Of a stretch of DNA of 64,000 nt, positions 13,279 to 25,703 are shown piece after piece (position 1 is the stretch's first letter; each line of letters starts with the position of its first letter). The notes below the pieces were generated by a model that made no database searches, had not been told where the DNA came from, and saw only the letters and a program-made list of their open reading frames with translations. Both the position numbers and the translations under genes were made by a program. This DNA is from Eledone cirrhosa (Eukaryota): the NCBI GenBank assembly GCA_964016885.1, contig OZ024743.1, forward strand, positions 36,828,001 through 36,892,000, written 5' to 3'.

Positions 13279-16200
13279 TTCACCAGACTAGTCCTGAATA
13301 AGACAATTACCACAATAATATCAGCTTACGCACCCCAATCGGGGCTGCCAGACGAACTTAAGGATAGGTTTTACGAGTCCCTAATACACACTACTGCTCT
13401 AACAGACGACAAGGACTTCCTAATCATTGCAGGAGATTTTAACGGACACGTAGGTAAACACTGCGACGGCTTCAATAGAGTACATGGAGGCCATGGAGTT
13501 GGCACAAGGAATGAGGAAGGATTCAGACTTCTAGAATTCTGCGACGCCAATGACATGTCGATATGTAACACAAACTTTAAAAAACCCGACAACCACCTGA
13601 TCACCTATAGATCAGGGGAGCACTCTAGTCAGTTAGATTTTATCCTCATCAGAGGACGTGACAGATGGACGGTCGTAAACACAAAAGCCTTCCCTAGTGA
13701 GGAATGTACATCCCAACATAGCTTAGTTGTCAGCGACCTCACGGTCAGAACTAGACGAGCCCTGAAACAGAGGCCAACCTGGAGAAGAAAGATCTGGAAG
13801 CTGAAAGTCCCCTCAACCAGTAACAGATTTAAAGATATTTTACTCAACGCCTACGACAGTAAAGAAGAACAGATAGAGACATTTAACGTAGAAGAGAACT
13901 GGGAGTTCCTAAAAAATAACTTACTAGAGGCGACGGATGAGGTTTGTGGCTGGAGTAAGACCTCAAGCAGGAGGAGAGTGACTTGGTGGTGGAACAATAA
14001 GGTAGATGAAGCAGTCAAGGCCAAGAGACAGGCATGGAAAGAATGGAAGAACGGGGGGAGCAGGGTACATTACATAGAGACCAAGAGGGAAGCTAGGCGA
14101 CAAGTATACTTAGCTAGGAGGGAAGCAGAGGATAGAAAATTCAAGCATGTTTTACAACGTGAGGACCAGAAACAGGAGGTATTCAAGATTGCGAGGCAGT
14201 GTGTCAGAGATAGTTGTGATGTCATTGGAGAGAAGTGTATCCGGAATGATAAAGGTGAGCTTGCCCTCACAAGTGCTGAGAAGAAAGATGCATGGAAGAG
14301 TCATTATGATAGATTACTAAATGAGGAGAATGCATGGGAAGAAGAGACCCTACCCCACGTAGACCCTATAGAGGGACCAGCAGTACAAGTCAGCGGCAGC
14401 GTAGTAAGTAAGGCAATCAGAGATATGAAGATAGGGAAGGCAACCGGTCCATCGGGTATAGCTGCCGAGATGCTGAAGGCATCTGGGTCTGTAGGTCACA
14501 CTATAACCACACGTATCGTTAACCAGGTAATACTAGAGGGGGCCATACCAAAAGATTGGTGCAGTAGCATCATTGTCAACTGCTACAAAGGTAAAGGCGA
14601 TGCACTAGATAGAGGAAACTATAGAGGTATAAAGTTGATGGACCAGGTCATGAAAGTAACAGAAAGAGTTATAGCACAGCTGATTAGGGACCGGGTGAAT
14701 ATAGACGAGATGCAATTTGGGTTTGTTCCAGGGAAAGGCACCACTGATGCGCTCTTCCTTGTGAGGCAATTACAGGAAAAGTACCTAGCTAAAAGTAAGC
14801 CACTCTACTTGGCATTTGTCGACCTTGAGAAAGCCTTTGACAGAGTTCCACGTGCAGTAATCTGGTGGGCTCTTAGAAAACTAGGAGTAGATGAATGGCT
14901 TGTGAAAGCGGTACAAGCCATGTATAGGGGAGCAGTCAGCAAAGTTAGGATTGGCAATGAGTATAGCGAGGAATTTAGCGTACAGGTTGGGGTCCACCAG
15001 GGCTCTGTTCTTAGCCCTCTCCTGTTCATCATAGTCTTGCAGGCAATAACGGAGGAGTTTAAGACCGGATGCCCATGGGAACTCCTGTATGCTGATGACC
15101 TCGCACTCATAGCTGAATCTATGGTAGAACTAGAGAATAAATTCCAAACCTGGAAGCAGGGACTAGAGAGAAAGGGCCTCAAAGTCAACATGACAAAGAC
15201 TAAGGTCCTTATAAGTAGACGAGAAAACAGAACCCAGATCCCCTCAGGGAAATGGCCTTGCTCAGTATGTAGGAAAGGTGTAGGTAGGAACTCCATTCTT
15301 TGCCCCAAATGCAAACAATGGGTACACAAGAGATGTAGCGGGATCTCAGGAAGCTTAATTAAGAATGTAGGATTCACATGCAGCAGCTGTGCTGAAACAG
15401 CAAGCAAACAGCCACAGGAAACAAGTACCACCAATCTCTGGGAGGGCCCTGTAGAAACAGTAGACAGCTTCTGCTACCTAGGTGACCGAATTAGCAACGG
15501 AGGTGGGTGCTCAGAAAGTACAATAACTAGGGTAAGAATGGGATGGAAGAAGTTTAGGGAACTACTACCACTGCTAGCTGCAAAAGGCTTCTCCCTCAGA
15601 ATGAAAGGCAGACTGTATGATGCGTGTATCCGAACAGCGATGTTGCATGGTAGTGAGACCTGGGCGCTGAAGGTGGAAGACTTACGTAGATTAGAGAGAA
15701 ACGAAGCCTGCATGCTCCGATGGATGTGTAACAGTAATATACGTGAACGACAAAGCATAAATGAATTGAGAGAGAGACTGAGCATAAGAGGAATCAAATG
15801 CTGCGTGCAGGAGAGGCGGTTACGCTGGTATGGACATGTGATGCGTATGAAGGATGACAGCTGCATAAAAAGGTGCAGAGCACTAGAAGTTGATGGAAAC
15901 CGCGGAGTGGGGAGACCCAAGATGACTTGGGATGAGGTGATAAAAGCCGACCTTACCCAACTACACCTCTCAAAGTCAATGACACACGACCGTGACTTCT
16001 GGCGTCACGCAGTAATACAGGGTACCCGACCTCCCATGGGTACATGCTGAAGCATATAAACAATATGCCCCCCCCCCCCCACCGCAAGGTGGTCGTGGAG
16101 GTGCCACGGCAAAAAAGCACCCAGCCCACACTGTAAAGTGGACGTGTAGGCGCCACGAAAAAGCACCCAGCACTCACTGTAAATGAGGTTGGTGTTAGGA

Positions 16201-16356
16201 AGGGCATCCAGCTGTAGAAATCAAGCCAGATCAGTTCCTGTATGAGCAAGGCATGGTCAGCCGACCAGACACTGCCCACAACAGGACAACCCGTCTAACC
16301 CATGCTAGCGTGGAAGAACGGACGTAAAACGGTGATGATGATGATGATGATGATGA
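13279..16356 (+). mobile_element. RTE-clade LINE, family A, 5'-truncated but with an uninterrupted reading frame 13279-16050 (partial APE endonuclease + RT + PHD finger)
   Basis: The frame is open from 13279 (…IISAYAPQ…AGDFNGHVG…) through the 831-aa ORF; YADD at 15088-15099; PHD at 15259-15390; C-terminal RLRWYGHVMRM…GRPK.TW; 3' UTR and (GAT)n tail to ~16356. Confidence 0.97.
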
Positions 16357-16469
16357 CTACACCTGATATGTACCTGATATGTAAGTATATAAAATGCATA
16401 TGTACCAAATACATCTATATATAATGTGTTTATACCACACGAGTGTATATAAAATGTGTACGTGATACA

Positions 16470-17081
16470 CATGAAAGACGACAGCTGTATAAAAAAGTGC
16501 AGGGCGATCAAAATTGATGGAAGTTATGGAGTAGGTAGACCCAGAAAAACCTGAAACGATTTGATAAATTCCGACCTTACACACTTACACCTCTCCAAGA
16601 CAATGTCACTGGACCGAGATCTTTGGCGCCATGCAGTAATACAGAAGACCCGCCTTGCTTATGTACAAAGAGTAACCTACAGTGAGTAGGCACCTCTTAA
16701 CCAAATATACACCCCAATCAACTACCCCAACTCCATCGTCCCACTCCCGCCAACACCACCCTCTCTCTGTAAAGTTGGTACCACAATATCCAGTCAAAAT
16801 AAATGAGATAATGAGATCGAGATCGTGTAGGTGTCACGACAAAAAAACACACAGTCCACGCTGTAATGTGGTCATGTAGGTAACACGGTAAAAAGTTCCC
16901 AGTCCACACTGTTAATGTGGTTGGTGTTAGGAAGGGCATCCAACCGTAGAAAACCTGCCAGATAGTCCTATATGAGCGAGACACGGTCACCCGACCAACC
17001 TTGCCTCAAATTGGGACAACTCCCGTCTAAGCCATACTAGCATGGAAGATGGACGTTACACGACGATGATGACGATGATGA
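16470..17081 (+). mobile_element. RTE family A 3' fragment, tandem to the preceding element
   Basis: MKDDSCIKKCRAIKIDG…GRPRKT homology, 3' UTR and (GAT)n tail. Confidence 0.9.
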
Positions 17082-17185
17082 TCCAATGAGTGTATATAAA
17101 ATATGTCCATACCCAATGAGTCTATATGAAATGTGTGTATAAAATATGTATGTACCAAGTGAGTCTATATAAAATGTGTACATAC

Positions 17186-17305
17186 CAAAGAATCCTTCAT
17201 GACTAATTCATATATTTCTACTCCATCTCCAATGCATAAATAATGAATATCTTCATATGACATCCGATGGCAGAAGTTCAGAAAATGAGTTCCATTAACA
17301 TAGAC
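17186..17305 (-). CDS. Galectin exon: end of CRD1 (VYVNGTHFLNFCHRMSYEDIHYLCIGDGVEIYELVMKDSL)
   Basis: ttttttgcttccag|GTC TAT…TCT TTG|gtatgt; 120 nt, phase 0 to 0; V-N-G-x-H-F-x-x-F-x-H-R galectin motif. Confidence 0.93.
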
Positions 17306-17361
17306 CTGGAAGCAAAAAACAAATTGAAAGTAGAAAAAAGTCAGATGTAAAGTGTGTGATG

Positions 17362-17674
17362 CTGTGCCAGATTTAGGACAAATGAGGTCCTGCACTAGTT
17401 AAGTTGTGAGGACCTGTACTAGTTAAGTTATGAGACCCTGTGCTAGTTAAGTTATGAGGCCCTGTGCTAGTTAAGTTATGGGGACCTGTGCTTGTTAAGT
17501 TATGAGGCCCTGTGCTAGTTAAGTTATGAGGTCCCTTTGAACGTTTGACATTTGAAAAACATTTGAAAAAATTCATTGTCAAAATTTTTTTGGCAGCAAG
17601 ATGCCTCCCCCCCCCCCTCACCAATTGGGCCCTGTGCTTAATCACACCTAAACACAATGGTAAATTTGGCACTG
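17362..17674. mobile_element. hAT-like MITE with internal 24-bp tandem repeat (about 6 copies, 17383-17535)
   Basis: Ends ctgtgccagattta…/…taaatttggcactg are inverted repeats; both ends match the TSD-flanked element at 50671-50993 in opposite orientation. Confidence 0.75.
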
Positions 17675-18399
17675 CACCAGGGAGTGCAGATTTTCTCTTA
17701 TCCATTAACATTATCGTCATCAACATTTAATCTTCATTTTCCCTGCTAGCAAGAGCTCGACAGGATCTTCAGAGACTGAGTCAGTCCTCAAGTGAGTCTA
17801 CTGACCTCTGTAGACAGTACAACTCATTTATATGGTCCTGCACTCTACCAAGTTAATTTTATCAGGACATCAGCACTAGAAAGGTTGTCATGTTTGAAAC
17901 AACTGAAGAGTTCTTCCAACCCTTTGTTCAGCAAACTTTCTACAGCTGGATGCCCTTCATATTACCCACCACTTTACAGTTTGTACTGAGTCCATTTATT
18001 GTGTAAATCACCAACACTAGAGTACAACTGAAGAGTCTTCTCAACCCAATTAATACAAAAGAAGTTAGAGATAGGCCATCGCCTAATTGTTGCTAGTGTT
18101 TAGTCCCAAGTCAGCTCAGATAGAGCAAAACTATTATTAAAAGCATTCTAGCATTGATCATCTCCTTTTTGTATATCTAGGACTACATTGTCTAATGTGT
18201 ACTTCCTGATTTAAGATGGGTATGACCCAAAGGAATTAGCTATTTCTAGCAGCTCAAGCAGTTATGTAGAAACTTCCATATTGGCTCACCAAATCCTAAT
18301 AGACCACAGAAGTCATAAAAAACTGAGTGATTTTTGTCTCCAGCAATATATAAAATTATCAGTTAGTTAGGTCAGGCTCCCACCAGGGCAATAGCAATA

Positions 18400-18935
18400 A
18401 AGTCTCCTTTCTACATTTCACTGCCCATTATTGCCATCTTCAGTTCCTGAATAGATTTTAGGCCAGTATCCCTCTTCAGGTTGTCAATGTACATGACATG
18501 AAATCTACCATGTTTTTCTATTCTGTATCATGAAGCACATAGGACCAACCTGGCACTTCCTCTTCTGGATGTTGTAGACAATGTCCTGATAGGTGAATTT
18601 ATCTCTGATCTTCTCACTTACATTTGGGAGGTTTCCATACACACATACATTTGTCATGTGCTGTTGTTACTCCACATCAAGGGTTACATGTAGCTTCATA
18701 ATGTAGCAAGCATCAAGATGCATTTGTTTCAGGAGTGTCCCTGTCTCACTGTCATACAAAAACACTGATTCAACAGTGATTAAGAACAACCAGAATGGGA
18801 GAAAGCTGACTGTAAATGAAGATATGAGATACCTATGAGATTGGGTGAGCAGCTCTAATACTGATATCAAAAGCATGCTCAGGCATGAGAGGCATGTCAT
18901 AAACTGCAGAAAATCTGAAGGTCAAGACTACCAAG
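18400..18935 (-). mobile_element. Old degenerate RTE-group LINE fragment
   Basis: LFLITVESVFLYDSETGTL…LDACY resembles the V-E-S-V-L-L-Y-G-x-E-T-W-T-L region of RTE-group ORFs. Confidence 0.6.
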
Positions 18936-18982
18936 AAGTTTAAAGATAAAATAAATAATTCATCAAATTTATCAGTGCTTAC

Positions 18983-19181
18983 CCTAAAGTCATGTTCCTC
19001 AACAACAATACACAGAGTGAAACGCTGTCTTTCAAAGAAAGGAAAATTATCATTTTCTCTTACTTCATCACCCCACTCATCAATATAGGAATTGCAGACA
19101 ACAGTTGCTTCCCCAAGTCTTGGGTTGAAGTGGAAAGCAATGGTATTCTCATCAGGATCAGTTGCAAAGTTGATGTGAAAA
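18983..19181 (-). CDS. Galectin exon: CRD1 core (FHINFATDPDENTIAFHFNPRLGEATVVCNSYIDEWGDEVRENDNFPFFERQRFTLCIVVEEHDFR)
   Basis: tttttcttttccag|T TTT CAC…TTT AGG|gtaagc; 199 nt, phase 2 to 0; canonical galactoside-binding residues H-x-N-x-R, V-x-N, W-x-x-E-x-R are all present. Confidence 0.95.
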
Positions 19182-19242
19182 CTGGAAAAGAAAAATGACA
19201 ATAATGGTCAAGGCAATAACTATGACATTATAACTGTATTAT

Positions 19243-19436
19243 GGCAGTGGATTGGCAGTATCAGTAGAGAGTCAGACACCATGCTTTGCAGCATAGAGTT
19301 TCGGCCCTTTATGATCTGAGTTCAAATCTCGCCGAGGTTAACTTTGCCTTTCATCCTTACGGGGTCAATAAAATAAAGTACCACTAATGCACTGGGATAA
19401 TTGCTGGCCTTGTACCAAAAGTACAAACGATTATAA
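19243..19436 (+). mobile_element. SINE family S1
   Basis: A box, B box, core and tail as at 7480-7670. A further partial copy lies at 19880-20027. Confidence 0.85.
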
Positions 19437-20129
19437 TTGTATTATTACTTTCAAAAGTAAAATAGGTAACGTCAAGTCAAAGTAGGACCTCTCTATGGGG
19501 TGGCAATTGGGAATTCTTCACTGGAGATACTGATAATGCTGAATAAAATAGGGTTGGTTAATAATGTGATATAAAGTCAGGATATTCTGTAGATGTTTTA
19601 CATCAAGCTTTCAAAGTAATCGAGTAATATTCAGATCTAAAACAGTGGTTCTCAAAGACTTGGGTTACATTCATCCCTTATAATTCATCCCTTACAATTC
19701 CACCCGAGCATCATATTAGCATGAGCAAACTTTTCAAACTTAAATAATTGTACATTTCCAAATGAGAATATCTGAAGAAGCAGTTTTTTGTGAACTCTTT
19801 TTGTGACCAACCTTATAATTGAGAACGTTGGTATTTCATTTGATATATACATAATGTACAATATCATTTCCCAGTGTTGTAGCGTAGAGTTATGGCCCTT
19901 TACGTTCTGAGTTCAAATCCCACCAAGATTAGCTTTGTTTTTCATACTTATGGGGGTCGATAAAATAAAGCACCACTAATGCACTGGGGTAATTGCTGGC
20001 CTTGTGCCAAAAGTAGAAACAATTATAAATTAAATCTCCCAGTTTGGATTCCTACTCAATTCTTCCCTTGGCTAAAATTGCTTCTTGTGTCCTCTAGAAA
20101 GCCAAGATCACCAATATCAAAGCCACTTT

Positions 20130-20400
20130 CCTGAAGTCATAACTGTGCTGGGTTGGGCATTTCTCCAAAATGCAGACCATCTCCTGCCTAAGATTGTACT
20201 CTATAGTGAATTGTCTTCTGGCTGTCATAACAGTGTTGCACACAGGAAGCAATCCAAAAACATGCTGAAAAAGGCCCTTAAACTATGCAGATTTGACCCC
20301 CTAGCAATGGAATACCTAGGCTGTTGATTATAAGGCTTTGTGCCACCCCATTGGGCAGGTTACCAGAGCATTTGAAGCAAACCATTGTGCCAGCATAGGG
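20130..20400 (+). mobile_element. Degenerate RTE (BovB-like) 3' fragment
   Basis: DHLLPKIVLYSELSSG…RKQSKNMLKKALK resembles the R-L-P-K-x-V-L-Y-G-E-L…G…K-R-x-K-D-x-L-K C-terminus of RTE ORFs. Confidence 0.6.
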
Positions 20401-21059
20401 GAGAAGAGAACCCAGTGGAAATGTATCATTCCATGTGAGCAGATAAATGGAATTTGAAATCATAAACAGTGTTTTTCATTAGAAAAGGTTAATATAACCA
20501 TTCCTTTTCTAAGAGAGTAGGGTGTGATATAAGGGAGATTTGGATGCTATTTCTAGTCTAGCAAACTGAGCAACTATATAAAGGCTCCCTCATTTGTAAA
20601 ATGTTATGACGAGATTTGTGGTATAGATTATATGTGTACGATTTATAAGTGTACACAGACACCTTCGCTAACCTTCACTACCCTTCTTACATATATCTCC
20701 TATACATACAAAAGAGTACATAACCTAGCAAGAAAAAAGCTTAAAAACATAACAGCATGTATGTAACATTTCACTCCAAGCCAATGTGAGAATACCTATA
20801 TGGTTACATAATCTTTTAGTAATAGCAGCCAAATCTCTTTTCATCCTTACTGTCTTGAAAAACATAAAAAGCAAAAAAATGTTTGCAGAACCAGTACCTA
20901 TGTATTTAGTGCTCTAAACTAGGTAAAGCCAACCAGCAGGAGTCACAGAGGTAGAACACAATAACATTGTTGAGCTTAGTTAATCTTGTTTAGGGATCAA
21001 GCTGGTTTATGACAGGACTCTCTGGAAGGGGTATCTGAGGACTATACCCTCCAACATTC

Positions 21060-21830
21060 CCAGGAAGAAAGGCAAGGAAAAGAAAAAGAAAAAGAAAAAT
21101 AGAAAAAAGAAAAAGAAAAAGAAGAATAGAAAAAAAAAGAAAAAAGAAAAAAGAGGAAGGAAAGTAAGAAGAGAAATCAGAGGACGGGGGGGGGGGTGAA
21201 AGGAGAGGAGGAAAGAGAGGAGGAAAGAGGAGGGATAAGGAGAGTAAGGAGGAAAGGAAAGAGAGAAGCAATGAGACAAATGAGAAGAGGAAGAGGAATG
21301 AGAAAAAAGAAAAGGAAGAAGAGTAAGAAAAGGAAGAAGAGTAAGAAAAGGAAGAAGAGAAAGAAAAGGAAGAGGAGGAAGATGGGAGAAGTGGAAGAAG
21401 AGGAGGAAGAGGAGGAAGAAGTGGGAGAAGTGGAAGAAGAGGAGGAGGAATAGAAAGAAGTGGGAGAAGTGGAAGAAGAGGAGGAGGAAGAGGAAGAAGT
21501 GGGAGAAGTGGAAGAAGAGGAAGAAGTGGGAGAAGAGGAAGAAGTGGGAGAAGAGGAAGAAGAGGAAGAAGAGGAAGAAGAGGAGGAAGAGGAAGAAGAG
21601 GAGGAAGAGGAAGAAGAGGAGGAGAGGAAGAAGTGGGAGAAGTGGAAGAAGAGGAGGAAGAGGAAGTAGAAGAAGAAGAAGTGGGAAAAGTGGAAGAAGA
21701 GGGGGTAGAGGAAGTAGAAGAAGAAGAAGAAGAAGTGGGAAAAGTGGAAGAAATGGAGGTAAAGGAGGAAGAAGTGGGAGAAGTGGAAGAGGAGGAAGAA
21801 GTGGGAGAAGTGGAAGAAGAGGAAATTGAG
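21060..21830. repeat. Polypurine low-complexity tract (GAA/GAG/GTGGGA units)
   Basis: About 770 bp almost entirely A/G on the + strand; intronic. Confidence 0.95.
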
Positions 21831-22714
21831 AAGGGTTGTAGGAAAAACCAATAAACATGTTCTACTTGCATATGTCAGTTATGAAAGACTACTGGAGGTA
21901 AGGAATTAACATGTTTATTTTCAGTTAATTGTATGCTTTATCTTTCAATCTAAAAGTTGACAGAATGTTCACTAAACAAACAAAACTAAAAGAACATTAT
22001 GACAGATTATTTCTTTTGATTCCTTCACAAGTTCAAAACAAACAAGTACTTCAGTGAAATGAACTTAAATATGTCATAAATAATCATTAAAATTATGTTC
22101 AATACAAGGTTGCTAGATTAAGCTATATGTAGCAGATTATGCTGCTGTCCAGAATTACATGCATACTACATCAAGAATATGGCTGAGTGGTTAGAGTGTT
22201 TGGTCTATGATTATAATGTCATGAATTTGATTCCTGGTAACAAGACACTATTTCACATTGCTCCAATCAATTCAGCTGGCAAAAACAGGTGTAATTCAAA
22301 GGGCCATCCTTGCACATGCTGTGTTATGCTGAATTTCACTGAAATTTATATAAAGCTGTCCTGTCTGTGGAATGCACAGCCACTTGCATGTTAATTTCTG
22401 AGCAGGCTGTTCTGTTGATCGAATCAACTGGAACACTCATTGCTAGAACTAGCATTTCATATTGTGTTCTGCTGATTCTGTCTGGGTACACATGCCTATG
22501 AAACACTCAACCAATTACTCATAAATTAATGAGTTGGATGTTTGAATAACAGAATGCTCATTGTCAAAAAAGATGGATGACTTATCATCAGTGGTGGTGA
22601 TGCCTCTAAAATACACATCCAATAAATTCTGAAGGTGGCTCCCATTATGAAATGTATTCAACCATAGAAACCATGCCAAATATAGAACATATGAACAAGA
22701 TGAAGTCACTGCAA

Positions 22715-22821
22715 CCTGCCTATGTGGAAAGGGGACCTGCCAACATGGAAAGGGGACATGCCAACATGGAAAGGGGACAAGCCAACATGGAAAGGGGACA
22801 TGCCAACATGGAAAGGGGACA
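22715..22821. repeat. 21-bp minisatellite (gccaacatggaaaggggacat) x4-5
   Basis: Direct tandem copies. Confidence 0.9.
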
Positions 22822-22865
22822 AAAGAGGATGATGGTGATGATGAATTCAAGTCATAGACTGTTGT

Positions 22866-24356
22866 CATCATCATCATCATCATCAACGTTTAACGTCCGT
22901 GTTCCACGCTTGCATGGGTTTGGACGGGGGTAGTCCCACTTGAGGCAAGAGTGATTGTCTTGCTCGCATAGGACTGTCTGGCAGGTTTTCTACAGTTGGA
23001 TGCCCTTCCTAACACCAACCACATTTACAGTGTGGGTCTGGGAGGTTTTTACCGTGTTGCCTACACGGCCACATTACAGCGTGGACTGTGTGTTTTTTTG
23101 TCGTGACACCTACACGATCTCATTTGTTTCGGCCTCGATGGCGCGGCACCAACATAACTTTACATAGAACGGGGTGGTGTGGATGGGGTGGGGGCGGGGG
23201 TGGTGGGACGGGGTGTATTTTGTTAGAGATGCCTACTGGCTGGAGTAGGTTTTACTATATATTTAGGTAAGGCGGGTCTTCTCTGTTACTGAGTACCGCC
23301 AAAGGTCTCGGTCCAGTGACATTGTCTTGGAGAGGTATAAGTGTGTGATGTCGGAGTTTATCAGCTCGTCCCAGGTTTTCCTAGGTCTGCCTATTCCGTG
23401 ACTACCGTCTATCTTTATTGCCCTGCACTTTGTTATACAGCTATCGACTTTCATGCGCATCACGTGTCCATACCAACGTAGCCTTCTCTCGAGTAAACAA
23501 CATCTGATCCCTCTTATCTCTAATTTTTTCCTTAGTTCGTTTATGCTTTGCCGTTCACGTATATTACTGTTACACATCCAGCGGAGCATGCAAGCTTCGT
23601 TCCTCTCTAGTCTGCGTATATCCTCTGCACACAATGCCCAGGTCTCACTGCCGTGCAGCATTGCTGTTCGTATGCAGGCATCGTACAACCTGCCTTTCAT
23701 TTTTAGTGAGAACCCTTTAGCAGCTAATAGTGGTATAAGCTCTCTGAACTTTTTCCAACCAGTTCTGACTCTAGCTACAGTACTTTCAGAGCACCCTCCC
23801 CCACTGCTGATTTTATCGCCCAGGTAACGGAAGCTGTCCACTATTTCTATAGAACCCTCTGCGCAATTGAAAGAGCTAGTAGTTTGTGGGCACTTGCTGC
23901 TACTTATTGCACCAGAGCACCGGCCACATGTAAAATCTATGTTCTTAGTTAGCTTACCTGTGATCCCACTACATCTTTTATGCACCCATACTTTGCATTT
24001 AGGACATAAAATGGAGTTTCTACCTACGCCTTTCCTACACACCGAGCACGACCATTTCCCAGAAGGGACCGCCGCCTTGTTTTCTTTCCTACAAACTAGT
24101 ACTTTGGTCTTAGCCAGGTTAATTTTAAGTCCTTTTGACTCTAGGCCGTGCTTCCATGTTTGGAATTTCTTCTCTAGCTCGGCCATTGATTCCGCTATGA
24201 GTGTCAGGTCGTCTGCGTATAGGAGTTCCCATGGGCAGCCTGTCTTGAACTCCTCTGTTATAGCCTGAAGGGCAATAATAAATAGTAGTGGGCTGAGAAC
24301 AGAGCCCTGATGGACGCCAACTTTTACGCTAAACTCTTCACTATATTCGTTGTTAA
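22866..24356 (-). mobile_element. RTE family A, 5'-truncated (RT C-half + PHD + 3' UTR), open frame
   Basis: QGSVLSP, YADD and PHD (CSVC…CPKC…H..C…CGRC) in ORF 23263-24356; (CAT)n tail on + strand at 22866-22885; very similar to 4000-5460. Confidence 0.95.
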
Positions 24357-24374
24357 ATGTTGTAGATATTGTTA

Positions 24375-24770
24375 ATGGGTGTGTGTTTCCATGCATGGGC
24401 GTGTGTGGGTGGCTGTGCCTCTGCATGTGTGTGTGTGTGCATGCATGTATCTGTGTGTGTGCGTGTGTGCCTGGGTGTCTGTGCATGTTTGTATGTTTAG
24501 ATGCGTTTGCATGCCTGGGTGCCTATATTAGCATGTGAGTCATTAAGTGCTTGGGTGTGCCTGGGTGTGTATGTGTGTGTTTGCGTGCCTGGGTGTGTAT
24601 GTGTGTGTTTGTGTGCCTGGGTGTGCCTGTGTGTGTTTGCGTGTCTGGGTGTGTATGTGTGTGTTTGTGTGCCTGTGTGTGCCTGTGTGTGTTTGCGTGT
24701 CTGGGTGTGTATGTGTGTGTTTGTGTGCATGTGTGTGTGTGTGCCTGTGTGTGTTTGTGTGCCTGGGTGG
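24375..24770. repeat. GT-rich degenerate satellite (gcctgggtgtgtatgtgtgtgttt units)
   Basis: Tandem GT-rich units. Confidence 0.9.
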
Positions 24771-25269
24771 GGAATAAAACATTAACAAAATATCTCAAAT
24801 AACCCAAAATATACAACCACTTCTAAATAAGGAAAACAACAACAACAACGATAGCAGCTGTAATATATCTCGTACTTCGCGTCTCACAAGACTAGATTAA
24901 CACAGTTCTAATTAATAATACTACAAAAAATAGCAACTGATATCAGCTGTGTATGTATGTGTGTTCTTGCAATTGCAATGCGTGTGCGTGTGCGCGTGCG
25001 CGTGCGTTCTTGCAATAGCTATGGTTATATATATATGTCTACCTGTAAGAACTGTTCATTCCATACCACTACCCCACCACCACCACTACCTCTTATAACA
25101 ACAATAAACATAACAACAACAACAACAACCATGGCATTCCTCTCTCACATCTAGAAATTAGTTTTAATGGTAAATATCACTAGTTAGCTGCCTCCACAAT
25201 CTACTGCTGCTTCCAAGTACTTTAGGTTAATGTTACTGGATAGCTATGTGATTGCAGCTGTAATGTGTG

Positions 25270-25480
25270 CTTGTGTGTCTGTCTGTCTGTGTCTGGGCAT
25301 CAGTCTGTCAGTGTCTGTGTGCCTGCACGCCTGCGCCTGTCTGCATACATGTCTGCCTGTCTGCGTGTCCACGTGTGTGCCTGTCTGCCTGCCTGTTGGT
25401 GTCTGTCTGCCTGCCTGTTGGTGTCTGTCTGCCTGCCTGTCGGTGCCTGTCTGCCTGCCTGTCTGTCTGGGTGTGTCTGG
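25270..25480. repeat. (GTCT/GCCT)n degenerate tetranucleotide repeat
   Basis: Visible directly. Confidence 0.85.
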
Positions 25481-25483
25481 ACA

Positions 25484-25703
25484 GTGGCACCTGCTCAATG
25501 CCCTCTGCCACAAATCCATCCTGGTGACCAACTATATGGGGATCGAGACTGTCCCTTATCCACCCTACAGTCCAGACATAGCCCCATGTGACTTCTGGAT
25601 GTTCCTGAAGCTGAAGGAGAAGCTCAAGAGTATCCACTTTGAGGATGTGGAGGAGATGAAGGAAGTTATAACAAGTGCCCTGAATAAAGTGGAAACATTC
25701 TGA
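25484..25703 (+). mobile_element. mariner transposase C-terminal fragment
   Basis: PYPPYSPDIAPCDFWMFLKLKEKLK..HFEDVEEMK is the mariner YSPDLAPxD motif region. Confidence 0.85.

Noticed and set aside
18833-19201. 122-aa ORF as a stand-alone single-exon galectin
   Set aside because: Homology is confined to the AG/GT-bounded 18983-19181 segment; the flanks are intronic.
20990-21871. Poly-Glu / poly-Ser / Leu-Pro ORFs of 220-290 aa
   Set aside because: Open in several frames on both strands because the purine tract lacks stops; no splice or domain support.
24350-25591. Cys-Val / His-Thr repeat ORFs
   Set aside because: GT- and GTCT-type microsatellite translations.
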